A stretch of DNA of 64,000 bases from Calditrichia bacterium (GTDB taxonomy: Bacteria; Calditrichota; Calditrichia; JAJRVZ01). The position numbers and the translations under genes were made by a program. Of the stretch, positions 32,472 through 43,423 are shown one piece after another. Position 1 is the first letter of the stretch. Each line of letters opens with the position of its first letter. The stretch is from contig CAWCNS010000007.1 of assembly GCA_963796965.1 (NCBI GenBank), positions 448,001 to 512,000 of the forward strand, given 5' to 3'. The notes under the pieces are model-generated. The model did not search any database. It saw only the letters and a list, made by a program, of their open reading frames with translations, and was not told the DNA's origin.

Positions 32472-33185
32472 ATGCCAGAAAAAGAGGCTGGATGTGCCCG
32501 ACCAACAGGTGCTATGGTTGGGGAACCTTCCGTAAAAAACAAAAATGAAGAAGCACCAGAAAGGGTAAAGGAAATGGATACTGTAAGAGTGGGTTCCAAG
32601 GCGCCTGATTTTCAGGCACCTGCTTATTACAAAGGGACATTTACTAATGTAAAATTATCAGATTTTTCCGGTAAATGGATTTTGCTGTGTTTCTATCCTG
32701 GTGATTTTACCTTTGTCTGAGCGACTGAAGTGTCAGCGGTCGCTGCCAACTATGAAACCCTCCAAGATCTTGGCGTTGAAGTCATATCTGTAAGTGTCGA
32801 CAGTCAGTTTGTGCACAAGGTTTGGAATGATCAGGAATTATCAAAAATGGCTGAAAAAGATGTGCCATTTCATATGGCATCTGATGGCCCGGGTAACGTC
32901 GGTAGAATATACGGCGTTTTTGATGAAAACTCCGGTGTAGAATTTAGAGGACGCTTTATTATCGATCCCGATGGAACAATTCAGGCCATGGAAGTAATGA
33001 CGCCACCGGTTGGACGCATGTTAGATGAAACCATACGTCAAATACAGGCCTTTCAGCATGTACGCGCCACAAAAGGTGCCGAAGCATGTCCTGCTGGCTG
33101 GAAACCAGGTAAAAAAACATTAAAGCCGGGACCGGAATTAGTGGGCAATGTATGGAAAGTATGGAGTCCTTATAAAGATCATTAG
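32472..33185 (+). CDS. prxU: Selenocysteine-containing peroxiredoxin (AhpC/Prx1 type); Sec at TGA 32718-32720
   Basis: ORFs 32472-32720 and 32730-33185 are in frame. FYPGDFTFV-U-ATE puts TGA at the peroxidatic Cys position; resolving ACPAGW; SECIS-like hairpin downstream. Confidence 0.93.
32730..32750 (+). promoter_or_regulatory. Bacterial SECIS element
   Basis: GTGT-CAGC-GGTC-GCTG-CCAAC. The apical loop starts with G 17 nt after the UGA, and an unpaired U precedes the stem, as in the fdhF-type SECIS. Confidence 0.8.
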
Positions 33186-33726
33186 AATTTAGTTTTACCA
33201 CATCCAATTTAATTTTATATACTCAGACATCTGAAACAAACACTATAGGTTTTGGAGAACTGTTAAACTTGGTTTTAACTGCAAAGCAGTTAAATATGAA
33301 TAACTTCGGGTACAACCCGAAGACGTTATAAACTTATAGATAGCATAAACATATGCGTTATGCAATTTAAAGGCGCATAAGAAATTTAATGAATCTTTCA
33401 ATTACTATTGAAATTTGGTAGATTGTAATCCAATCAACTTATTCAAAGTCATACTTCTTATTAGATAAGCCCTAAAACAACCATTTATACTATTTTAAAG
33501 ACTTACATTACAATACTTTTATATAATTTTCTTATTCGAGATGACAATTAAATAATTAGAATGGCAAGATTTTATTATTCGGAATGAACCTGTCATTAAT
33601 ATCGTTAAATCCATAAATCTCACGATACTATTTAATTGGCAGATATTACATTCAAAATTAAGGGCCATTTTTATTTTTTCAAAGCATCAAAAATCATTAT
33701 TCTAAGTCATTTAACAGGAGGATACT

Positions 33727-34311
33727 ATGTATCGACCATTAATGAATCTATTTTTATCAATGACCTTTGTATTCTTTATCGTTTTCGCAGGTATTAACAC
33801 TGCGCAAAGTGAAGAGATAAGAGAGAGTCTACCTGCTTCCGTAACCCAGAGCCTGGGCGAGGATGCCAAAATTACCATTGATTATAGCCGGCCTGGTGTA
33901 AAGGGACGTACCATATGGGGTGATCTGGTGCCCTATGGAATGTATCCGGGTAACAAATCTTCAAAGGATAAACCCTATCCATGGCGCGCAGGTGCAGACG
34001 AGAACACAACCATCTCCTCAAACAAAGATTTGATGGTCGAAGGAAAAAAACTTCCTGCCGGAAAATATGGTATCCATATGATTGCATCAGAAAATGACTG
34101 GACTATAATTTTCAGTAAGAAAAACGAAGAATGGGGCAGCTATTCCTATGATGAAGCCAATGATGCCTTGCGTGTCATGGTTTCCCCTGTAAAAGATGCT
34201 CATCAGGAATGGTTATTATTTGGATTTGAAGACCTGGACGGAACTAAAATGACTGGCTATCTCCGTTGGGCCGAATTAAAAGTCCCCTTCAAGATAGAAT
34301 TGGCAAAATAA
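33727..34311 (+). CDS. DUF2911 domain secreted protein
   Basis: IDYSRPGVKGRTIWGDLVPYG, WRAGADENT, LPAGKY; signal peptide. Confidence 0.88.
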   Translation: MYRPLMNLFLSMTFVFFIVFAGINTAQSEEIRESLPASVTQSLGEDAKITIDYSRPGVKGRTIWGDLVPYGMYPGNKSSKDKPYPWRAGADENTTISSNKDLMVEGKKLPAGKYGIHMIASENDWTIIFSKKNEEWGSYSYDEANDALRVMVSPVKDAHQEWLLFGFEDLDGTKMTGYLRWAELKVPFKIELAK

Positions 34312-34544
34312 AATATATCAAGGTTAAAATTGGGGCTACTCCTCTTGCGTCCGATTTCTCAATGCTCTAAATTTTGTGTTCGAATTGGGTTAAATCATGG
34401 CCTGAATTTTTAAGATGTATAAAGCGTGGCGCATGGAGCATGGCGCAGGAATATTATTCTATAAATCCGCTATGCGCTTTGCGCTATGCCTTTGAACTTT
34501 GCAAAACCGCAAATTGCTTATTCTCTAAACCTGAAGGATCCGGT

Positions 34545-35612
34545 ATGCCCTTAGTTGCACATAAACCCCTACCTACATATGATCATCTGAGGGATAGTGG
34601 ACAGGAGATTTTAACTCTTGGAAATGCCCTTCAACAGGATATTCGTGAGCTTCATATCGGATTTTTAAATATGATGCCGGATGCAGCCTTAAAAGTTACA
34701 GAACAACAATTTATGCGCCTTGTTGGCAGTTCCAATCAAATCGCACAGTTTTTTGTACATTTATTTTCCATACCCGGTCTGTCAAGAGATGTAAAAACAC
34801 AGGAATATATCGAAGAGTTTTACATTTCCTTTGATCAGGTAAAGAAGGAAGGCTTAGACGCGCTCATCATAACTGGCGCGAATGTGGCTAATCCGGATCT
34901 GGAAGAAGAGCCATTCTGGGATCCTCTCCAGGAGGTTATCGATTGGGCAAAGGCAAATGTTACCTCTGTACTATGCTCGTGTCTGGCTACCCATGCGATT
35001 GTAAAGGCCTTGCATCATATTGACCGGCAACCACTCGAGAATAAACGTTGGGGTGTTTATTCACATAAAATTCAGTATCCTGACCATCCCCTACTTAGAG
35101 ATATCAATACCCGGTTTGATGTTCCCCATTCCCGAAACAATGATATCAGCAGGGCACAATTAGAGGCAGCGAATTTTAAAATTCTCGTTGATAGTGACGA
35201 CGGTGGTGTCCACATGGCTGTCAGTCCCGACCAGTTTCGGATGGTCTATCTTCAAGGACATCCCGAGTATGATCGCATCAGTTTGCTTAAAGAGTATAAA
35301 AGAGAGGTCTTTCGATTTATCAGCGGAGAACGTGATACCTACCCTCCCCACCCTGAAAATTATTTTGATGATAAAGCCGCTCTCATTGCAGATGAATACC
35401 ATAAAAAAATAATTGAGACCAGAGCAACAGTTAAAACAGCACCTGAATTTCCTGAAAAAGAGATGGAACCCCACCTCGACAACACCTGGCGCGACACTGG
35501 TAAGGCTATATTTAACAATTGGTTGGGACTTGTTTACAGACTCACTAATCTTGACCGCAAAAAGCCATTTATTGCTGATGTTGATCCGAATGACCCACTC
35601 TGCCTGGGATAA
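34545..35612 (+). CDS. metA: Homoserine O-acyltransferase (MetA family)
   Basis: IRELHIGFLNMMPD, ITGAN, CSCLA, PHSR, QGHPEYD, FNNW. The true start is ATG 34545; the ORF-track extension is repeat DNA. Confidence 0.92.
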   Translation: MPLVAHKPLPTYDHLRDSGQEILTLGNALQQDIRELHIGFLNMMPDAALKVTEQQFMRLVGSSNQIAQFFVHLFSIPGLSRDVKTQEYIEEFYISFDQVKKEGLDALIITGANVANPDLEEEPFWDPLQEVIDWAKANVTSVLCSCLATHAIVKALHHIDRQPLENKRWGVYSHKIQYPDHPLLRDINTRFDVPHSRNNDISRAQLEAANFKILVDSDDGGVHMAVSPDQFRMVYLQGHPEYDRISLLKEYKREVFRFISGERDTYPPHPENYFDDKAALIADEYHKKIIETRATVKTAPEFPEKEMEPHLDNTWRDTGKAIFNNWLGLVYRLTNLDRKKPFIADVDPNDPLCLG

Positions 35613-35992
35613 GTTTTCAGATTATAATTATGAAAAGTAACGTAACTTATTTATCACAGTTCTGCTCAGAGAATTAGATAGTTCCTATTAAATTCTATCC
35701 AGGTGTCATCCTGAAAGGATCTTCCAACATTTAATGGGCATTGTTTACATTAAGAAAGATTCCTTTCCCGAGCCGGGATCTCGTTTCGGGACGGAATGAC
35801 AAGTATGGCGAGCCTGTAGAAAATGACATATTTAATTGTATTTTCTGCCAAAATTTCTTTGACAAATTAATATACTCTATTTCCATTTTATTATTTTAAG
35901 ACATGTGCATATCTATTCGTGGTATTCTCCAGAAAAAAAACGAATTGGAGTTATCCAGCTACTATAATCAAAAATCAAGGAGTTAATCATAG

Positions 35993-37264
35993 ATGAAACA
36001 AGAAACGATACAATTCATAGTGGTTATGAAACAGATCCGACAACAAAAGCTGTTGCTGTACCCATATACCAAACCGTTGCCTACGAATTTGACAATGCCA
36101 AACACGGGGCAGACTTATTTAATCTGGAAGTCCCTGGAAATATATATACACGTATTATGAATCCGACAGCAGATGTTCTGGAAAAAAGAGTCGCTGAATT
36201 GGAAGGCGGAATCGCCGGCTTGGCCGTCAGTTCCGGAAGCGCTGCAATCAATTACGCCATTCTTACAATTGCTCAAAAAGGTAATAATATTGTTTCCGTT
36301 CCCCAATTATATGGTGGAACCTATACCCTTTTTGCCCATATGTTGCCAAGTCTGGGGATTGATGTTCGCTTTGCTGAGGATGACGATAATGCCGTCAAGC
36401 CTTGAAAAATTGATTGATGACAAAACATCTGCGGTCTTTTGTGAAACTATCGGCAACCCGGCTGGCAATATCGTTGACATTGAAGCGATTGCTACAATGG
36501 CCCATAAACATGGTGTTCCAGTAATCGTTGATAATACGGTCGCGACGCCCATATTAATCAAACCGATCGACTATGGAGTGGATATTGTCGTTCATTCCCT
36601 TACAAAATATATGGGCGGTCATGGCAATTCACTTGGTGGGGTAATTATTGATTCCGGCAATTTTCCCTGGGATAAACATCCCGAACGATTCCCAATGCTG
36701 AACTAATCCCGAGCCTTCTTATCACGGGGTTGTCTATACAGAAGCAATGGGGCCAGCAGCCTATATTGCCCGCACCCGAACGGTACCATTGCGTAATACA
36801 GGCTCAGCAATCAGCCCAATGAACGCTTTTTTGATTTTACAGGGGATTGAAACATTAGCTTTGAGAATGGAACGCCATTGTGAGAATGCATTAAAGGTGG
36901 TGAACTATTTGAAAGATCATTCTAAGGTTGCCTGGGTCAATTTTGCGGGTTTACCGGAATCTCCTTATTATAAATTGGCAAAAAAATATACAAATGGAAG
37001 ACCTTCTGGTTTGGTTACATTTGGTATTAAAGGAGGGTTTGATGCGGGCGTAAAGTTTTATGATGCGCTTCAATTGTTTAAAAGATTGGTAAATATTGGT
37101 GATGCAAAATCATTGGCGGCCCACCCCGCTTCCACCACCCATCGCCAGTTATCAGAAGATGAACTAAAAATGGCTGGTGTGACCGTGATATGATTCGTCT
37201 CTGTATTGGCATTGAACATATTGATGATATTATTGCCGATCTTGAACAAGCGCTTAATGTTTAA
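35993..37264 (+). CDS. metY: O-acetylhomoserine aminocarboxypropyltransferase/cysteine synthase (four frameshifts near 36011, 36390, 36704, 37185)
   Basis: Fragments join into a full-length protein: AVAVPIYQT, GNIYTRIMNPT, DNTVATP, HSLTKY (PLP Lys), NIGDAKSL, HPASTTH, IRLCIGIEH. Confidence 0.9.
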
Positions 37265-37438
37265 CTAATCTTCGCGTCCTTCTCGTGAACTTTGTGAGAT
37301 TTCGTGACATTTGGCGATATCACGAAGTTCCACGAAAAAGACACGAAGCGTCACTTTAATTTTCTACAAATGTAAACAATTTTTACTATTTTATAAACAA
37401 CTGTTAACACATAAATATTTAACAAATAAAGTAGAAAA

Positions 37439-38143
37439 ATGTTGAAAACATACATCATACTCCTTGTCTTAATAACATCATCAATAATTAATTGTGGAGG
37501 GGAAAAGAGCCCGGCCAATCAAACTCGGACATCTGAAAGTAAAAACGTTTTCAGGATTTATCTGGTCCGTCATGCGCAAGCTTATAAAAATATTACACCA
37601 CGCCCTGATATGTCTCCGGAGAGGCTCGATTCTCTCACCCCTGAGGGGGAAAAGCAGGCCGCTGTTTTGGGAGATTTTTTAAAAGATAAATCAATTGGAA
37701 TAATATATTCTTCGCCTACCGGCCGCACAAAACAGACAGCGGAAGGCATCAGCAGGGTTATTAAAATATCAAAATCGGTAGTATTAGATAAATCTTTTGC
37801 ATCTTTGAGGAATGGTAAAACGCCGGAAGGTGAACCGGTAACGTGGTCCTGGCGTGTGGAACAATGGAAAAAAGGGCACGATCCACGGCCAAATGGCGGG
37901 GAATCTCTGGAAGATGGTCAAAAGAGGGTTGTTGAGAATTTGAAGCAACGCGCAAAAGAAGCGTCTGATCAAGCGATTGTTGTGGTAACACACGGGGATA
38001 TTTGCAGCGCGATTCTTGCCTATGCAAATAGTAGCACCATTACTTCGGCTTATGACGTGAATCGAGTTGATACCGGATCTGTTAGTGAAATCATTATTTC
38101 TGAGGGAGAATGGAAATCACTCAGCATGAATCTATTGCCATGA
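37439..38143 (+). CDS. Histidine phosphatase family protein, probable lipoprotein
   Basis: YLVRHAQ, YSSP..RTKQTA, GGES, VVTHG; IINC lipobox. Confidence 0.85.
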   Translation: MLKTYIILLVLITSSIINCGGEKSPANQTRTSESKNVFRIYLVRHAQAYKNITPRPDMSPERLDSLTPEGEKQAAVLGDFLKDKSIGIIYSSPTGRTKQTAEGISRVIKISKSVVLDKSFASLRNGKTPEGEPVTWSWRVEQWKKGHDPRPNGGESLEDGQKRVVENLKQRAKEASDQAIVVVTHGDICSAILAYANSSTITSAYDVNRVDTGSVSEIIISEGEWKSLSMNLLP

Positions 38144-38211
38144 TGGAAAATAAATTTAAACGGTTTGTGCTGTGATTTATATTTTTTAATAAATATTATA
38201 CTTGGAATGGC

Positions 38212-39250
38212 CTAAGTTATTTGGTTACCATAACCAATAATTAGGGTAGAAAGTATTAAAATAATCATACCCAGATACACAATACGCATTGTTTTAGCGC
38301 GCACTCCCAACCATTCTTTTGCAATGATGCCAAAAAGATTGCTAAAGAATATAACAAAAGCCATGTGAATGCTCCAACTGGTGAAATCGAAAATCCCCAT
38401 AAAGGTTGTACCCATTCCATAAAAGAAAAATCCTATATACCACATCAAACCCCCAATGATGCCAAATCCATAATTCCAGACTTGTTCCGGTGTCTTTTCT
38501 TTTACAAAATCACCAAAGGATTTATTTTTTATGCTCAAAACAATGCACCATATTGCATTTGCAATAAATCCGCTACCCATAACCAGAATAAATACGGGAG
38601 AATTTTGAAATATTGACGCTGTCCCTTGCTCCAGAGCCAGATTGGCAACAGGATGTCCTGCCTGAATACCAAAGGCGAAGCAAGCACTCATGATGCCGGA
38701 AAAAATGGCAATTAAAATCCCCTTAGTCAAGGCGAATTCTTTAATTGCTGCCTTTCTTTCGGCGTCAGAGAGTTCTTTTTCCTTCAGTGATCCGGCATAA
38801 CCAACAATACCAATTCCGCTAAGACAAATGATGACACCTAAAAGGATAATGAGCCCCGATGGCGTTGTATAAAGATTCATCACATCACCTGCATAGATTG
38901 GAGGAATAAGGGTCCCAAAAGAAGTGCAAAAACCAAGGGCTACAGACATACCCATTGACATACCGAGAAAACGCATGGTCATGCCAAAAGTTAGACTGCC
39001 AATTCCCCACAAAAACCCAAAAAGTGACGGATAGAAAAGTTGATCGAATGTACATTCTGAAAACAATCCTATGAGATCGGGTACAAGTAAAAAGGATAGG
39101 AGAATTGGCGAGATTATCCACGCCGTCACTCCCTGCAATAACCAGTATGATTCCCAGGTCCATCCTTTGATTTTAGTAAGTGGAAAATAAAAGTCTGCCA
39201 TGAAAAAAACCGCCAATACCATGAAGCAAAACGCCAAGAAATGGATTCAA
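38212..39250 (-). CDS. rhaT: Second RhaT family sugar/proton symporter (frameshift near 39194)
   Basis: TTG start at 39250 after GGAG gives MNPFLGVLLHGIGGFF; then WTWESYW, LTFGMTMRFLGMSMG, SGIMSACF, SWSIHMA. Confidence 0.85.
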
Positions 39251-39431
39251 GATTTACTCCTTGTAATTTGAATCAATTTTTTATTTATTAACCACAGAGT
39301 TACCCCCGTAATACGCGGCGGGCCAGAAATATTCACGGAATTAATTCCTGAATAAATTGAAATAATATAATAATTTTAGATCTTTTTTTTATTCCGTGTC
39401 GTTCTGTGTTTTTCTGTGCTTAAATAAGTCA

Positions 39432-40568
39432 TTAAAACAGTTTTGACAAACTCACCTTAACCTTATCATCTCCGGGACTTTGAACAGATAAGATGGAATC
39501 ATCTATTTTTTTGGCTAAACTGCCAGCGGATTGGTACAAAGCAATGATATTTTCCAAGGGAGATCCCACCTGAATAGCATGGGTTGGGCCAAGAAATAGC
39601 CCACCATCTGGAAAAAGTTTGAGCCTGCGATTAACTTCATTCTTCACCTCATCCACTGTTCCCCAGGCTAATGTTGATTGCACACAAATACTGCCACAAA
39701 AGGTTAATCGATCCCCAAAATCTTGATTCAAAATCGCAATATCCATTTCGGGTGTCGTAGGTTGAACTACGTCATAAACATCAAGGCCCAGATCTATAAA
39801 CCTGGGCAGAAAATTGCGGACACAACCACACATATGCATGATACATCGGGCTCCATGACGATGAACCATATCAAAATATTTTTTAAATTTTGGTGCAAAG
39901 TGCTTTTCGAAAATTTCGATTGAAATGGTTTGTCCGGTTTGTGTCCCCAAATCTTCGCCAATATGCGTAAAATCAATAAGACCTTCAGCCGATTGGAGAA
40001 CCCGCTCATGCATTTCATAATAAAATTTGAAACGCGCTTCCATAATTTCAAGATAAACAGGGTCATCAGTTATCAAATCTAAAAGCACCTGCTCTGTACC
40101 GCGTGCACGGGCAATACTGTTAATAAAGTCCATATCTCCGGCAGTTCCATAACAGACGGCAAATCCGTCATCTAATATATGTTCACTTTGTTCCTTAATT
40201 GTAGAAAAATCAAACCAGCCAGCAGAGGGGAAATGGGAACGGTCAAGATCATCCAATGAATGAATATTTGCATAGGGAAGGTAACCGGCCTCGAGATATT
40301 TCCCACCTTCAAATTCAACGTATTTATACCGTTCGCCCCAATACCCTTCCACACTACCATCAGGAAAAGTTTTTAATTCAGGTCCAATATAGGTTGGATC
40401 CACATAACGAAAATCATCACCAACCACACGAAGGAGCTGTTCCATATTCTTAAGTCTGTAATAATTCATGATCATATGGTTTATTTCAGGTGTGCCCTCA
40501 TGCTTAACGGGAATACGATCATAACCTTTTTTATTGAATGCACTTAATACGCGGTCACGTGAAGTCAT
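39432..40568 (-). CDS. Second URO-D/MtaA-like family protein
   Basis: MTSRDRV..YDRIPV, GEDLGTQ, MHMCG, VVQP, GSICVQ, LGPTHAIQ. Confidence 0.87.
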   Translation of the reverse strand: MTSRDRVLSAFNKKGYDRIPVKHEGTPEINHMIMNYYRLKNMEQLLRVVGDDFRYVDPTYIGPELKTFPDGSVEGYWGERYKYVEFEGGKYLEAGYLPYANIHSLDDLDRSHFPSAGWFDFSTIKEQSEHILDDGFAVCYGTAGDMDFINSIARARGTEQVLLDLITDDPVYLEIMEARFKFYYEMHERVLQSAEGLIDFTHIGEDLGTQTGQTISIEIFEKHFAPKFKKYFDMVHRHGARCIMHMCGCVRNFLPRFIDLGLDVYDVVQPTTPEMDIAILNQDFGDRLTFCGSICVQSTLAWGTVDEVKNEVNRRLKLFPDGGLFLGPTHAIQVGSPLENIIALYQSAGSLAKKIDDSILSVQSPGDDKVKVSLSKLF

Positions 40569-40608
40569 CTTGCTCCTCTTTTTATAAATTTATTAAATTA
40601 AAATATAT

Positions 40609-40634
40609 AGATGCCGAAATGAATTCGGCATGAC
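40609..40634. repeat. Family A REP
   Basis: AGATGCCGAAATGAATTCGGCATGAC; similar copies at 25606-25631, 55383-55408 and 55429-55453. Confidence 0.8.
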
Positions 40635-40729
40635 AAATTTTATAAAACGACCTGCTACCCAGTCTTTTTAAGTTTACTTCTCCTTGCGATTACTTGAATG
40701 ATTAAAAATAATAAAAGTAAATCTTAATA

Positions 40730-41947
40730 CTATGACAGATCTTTTGTGAGCAGATCATTTGGCCCGCCCCACAGTTTATTGTCATCACACCATTTCCAGT
40801 CTCTCTCATTAATCTCCACATTAATCAATGGCAAGTCCTGGTTCAGCAGATCCGTGGTTTCCTGCCATGATTTTATACCGTTAACAGCGTCCAAAACCTG
40901 GAGATTTTCCCAACCTAGGATACAAGCATATTTCAAACATTTTTCGATTGGAAGCCGATGGAGAAATGCGGAAAGAAAACCTGAAATTGAAGAATCACCT
41001 GATCCTGTAGCACTGGCAATCTTTTTAACCTGAAAAGCAGGGCACCATAGTTCACGATTAGCCCAAGTCTCGGGGTTTTGGCCAGATTTATCGCAAAGAG
41101 ATTCAACTTTTGCCCTTGGCCCGGTTTTAAAATAAAATCCGCGATGTCCCGATTTAAGTGAAGTCATCCGGGTCCCCATATCAAGAAGTTGACTTGCAAG
41201 GTTTGAGTAATCGCTGGCTGATAAATAATCAATGATATCTGAACCTTTCTTGCTTTTCTTAATGTTCAGGTAAGATTCTCTCTCCAACATAAAGAAAATC
41301 TCCTCTATTGATGGTAAAAAAATATCGACATAGGGAAGGATGTTTTCTAATATGTTTCGCCAGTTTGCTTGTGCTGACTCTGAGCTTAAATCTGGTAGAG
41401 ACATATCACAGGAGGTTATCGCGCCAGCATCTTTTGCAATCTTGAACACATTTTTAAGTAAATTACCATCATCTTTATACATATTGGCCATTAAAGGCGG
41501 ATAACCAAAATGAAAATGACGACATCGATTCACCAATGTATAATCAATATCGTCTGAACTAAATAAATTATTTGTGCCCGGACTATGTAAAAATATCCTG
41601 TCTTCATTTGGTGGTGCAATTACAATTGTGTATGAGCTGGATTGATCTTTTACGACACGTATAGCCTCAGAATTTCCATATTTTTTCAAAAATGTTTCGG
41701 TAAGTTTTCCAAATTCATCATCACCAATAGATGCACAAAAACAAACGCTATGCCCCAGTTTTTTTAGACCTATACCTGTATTAGATACTGGCCCTCCCGT
41801 ACTTAATGTGTAATTGCCAATATTTATCAGTTTTCCAGGTAATAAGACATCCCGAATACTGCCAGCACCTCCATCCATAAACTTAGGAATAATATCAAAA
41901 CATACATGCCCCGCAGCCATCACATCAAAATCTTTAGTCATAAACAA
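40730..41947 (-). CDS. PfkB family carbohydrate kinase
   Basis: GGPVSNTG, IGDDEFG, FLPSIEE, ATGSGDS anion-hole motif. Confidence 0.9.
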   Translation of the reverse strand: MFMTKDFDVMAAGHVCFDIIPKFMDGGAGSIRDVLLPGKLINIGNYTLSTGGPVSNTGIGLKKLGHSVCFCASIGDDEFGKLTETFLKKYGNSEAIRVVKDQSSSYTIVIAPPNEDRIFLHSPGTNNLFSSDDIDYTLVNRCRHFHFGYPPLMANMYKDDGNLLKNVFKIAKDAGAITSCDMSLPDLSSESAQANWRNILENILPYVDIFLPSIEEIFFMLERESYLNIKKSKKGSDIIDYLSASDYSNLASQLLDMGTRMTSLKSGHRGFYFKTGPRAKVESLCDKSGQNPETWANRELWCPAFQVKKIASATGSGDSSISGFLSAFLHRLPIEKCLKYACILGWENLQVLDAVNGIKSWQETTDLLNQDLPLINVEINERDWKWCDDNKLWGGPNDLLTKDLS

Positions 41948-42055
41948 TCCTTACGATTTTAATTGCACGTTGACAAATTAACTTTTTATTGATATAAGTG
42001 TACATCCATATGTATTCAAGAATCGCAGATACACCGAGGTTTCGAAAAATCAAAA

Positions 42056-43045
42056 TTAATCCAAAAATTGTAGAATCTTATCAAAATCATGACAGAAAAG
42101 ATCACACATCCCTTTTGTACCGCTCTCAACAATATTTCCACCTGAAAGACCAACGGTAGAGAATCCTGCCAACCTGATTGAAACGATCCCGGCACCGCTG
42201 TCTTCTATACCTACAACATGGGATCGGTCTTCGAATGGAATTCCTAATCCAACACGTGAGATTTCAGCATAAAGCCAGGGATGTGGCTTGGGAGATAGTT
42301 CACCCAGGGTACCAGGATTTCCGGAGCGTATTGGAAAACCAGCGGTGATTATTGCATCGTAAAATTCTTTTGGGTCACCCATCTCCAGCGTACGGAAAGC
42401 AGAAAGGATTTCAGGCCAGGCTTTTTCGTAAAGCCCGGAAGTTACCAGGCCAATTTTTATATTTCGATCCTTTAAAGCCAGCAAAAAATCTTTTAATCCT
42501 GGTGTTGGAGTAAATGCATCCGCACGGCCACGCCCTTCAATGATTGCTTGCATCTCACGATGTGTGTGTTCAAAATAATAATGCCTGGCTTCTTCAACAG
42601 ACTTATCAGGACAATACTTATTTACACAATATTGCAAATGTTCTGAAACAGAATGTCCTGACACATAGGGTAGATCTGCCTCTTCAAGGTCAAAATTGTG
42701 ATTTGCGAGTAAACTGGCAATTGATAATTGAATTATCCATATCCAAAATTTTTCACTCCGTACACTTGTACCGTCAAGATCCATTAAGACTGCTTGAACG
42801 GGATTCTCCCTGACGAGTGGGTGCACTGGGTAATAGGCAGGATAGCCCAAACCTGATCTTACCAATGCCAATACACTCTCTTCAAAGAAAACAAATTCAA
42901 CTTTAGCATCTTTTGTGGTAATAATAAAAGATACTCCATTCTTTCCGCTCTCAAAACGTTTGTCTGATGTATAATTCTTGATCGTAAAATTTGAAATTTT
43001 TGCCATCGGACCTAACATTTTGATATCTCTATCACCTATCATCAA
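42056..43045 (-). CDS. HAD family phosphatase / beta-phosphoglucomutase-like
   Basis: MDLDGT, LVTSG, KPHP and GIEDS HAD motifs, plus an N-terminal extension. Confidence 0.88.
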   Translation of the reverse strand: MMIGDRDIKMLGPMAKISNFTIKNYTSDKRFESGKNGVSFIITTKDAKVEFVFFEESVLALVRSGLGYPAYYPVHPLVRENPVQAVLMDLDGTSVRSEKFWIWIIQLSIASLLANHNFDLEEADLPYVSGHSVSEHLQYCVNKYCPDKSVEEARHYYFEHTHREMQAIIEGRGRADAFTPTPGLKDFLLALKDRNIKIGLVTSGLYEKAWPEILSAFRTLEMGDPKEFYDAIITAGFPIRSGNPGTLGELSPKPHPWLYAEISRVGLGIPFEDRSHVVGIEDSGAGIVSIRLAGFSTVGLSGGNIVESGTKGMCDLFCHDFDKILQFLD

Positions 43046-43423
43046 TTTGCTCTCTTATTTATTTGGATTGCAATCTATTTTTAACCAGATGTTTACATTC
43101 TTTATTGTGATCCTAAATGTAATAATTTAATTGAAAGTTTAAATAAACAAAATATATATACCATAAATAATACCGCATTTATAAATATCTACGATAATAC
43201 ACCAATCATATTGGCATTAGTAAGAAATTTTAAAGGTCACGTTTATATAAAATATTTACCTAGATTAAACTAAATTGTAACCTTATTTTCAGAATTACGT
43301 AAACAACATTAAAAGATTCTTTCAACCTCACTCTCGTATGACTTCTTATACAGCCTCCTATTGTTTTTGGAATTATGTTAAAATTAGTTAATAAAATTAA
43401 ATAATTAACCTTCAGGAGGAATT

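Noticed and set aside
33190..33720. Long AT-rich spacer with a small TTCGGGT-AC-AACCCGAA hairpin as possible ncRNA
   Set aside because: No recognisable RNA family or extended structure; insufficient evidence.
34374..34544. 57-aa N-terminal extension of MetA in the ORF track
   Set aside because: Reads through inverted heptamer arms; the protein-like sequence starts at MPLVAH (34545) after AAGGA.
35640..35990. SAM riboswitch or T-box upstream of metY (also checked upstream of metA)
   Set aside because: No SAM-I or T-box consensus recognised; the structure present is explained by REP remnants. An Rfam scan would be needed to exclude it fully.
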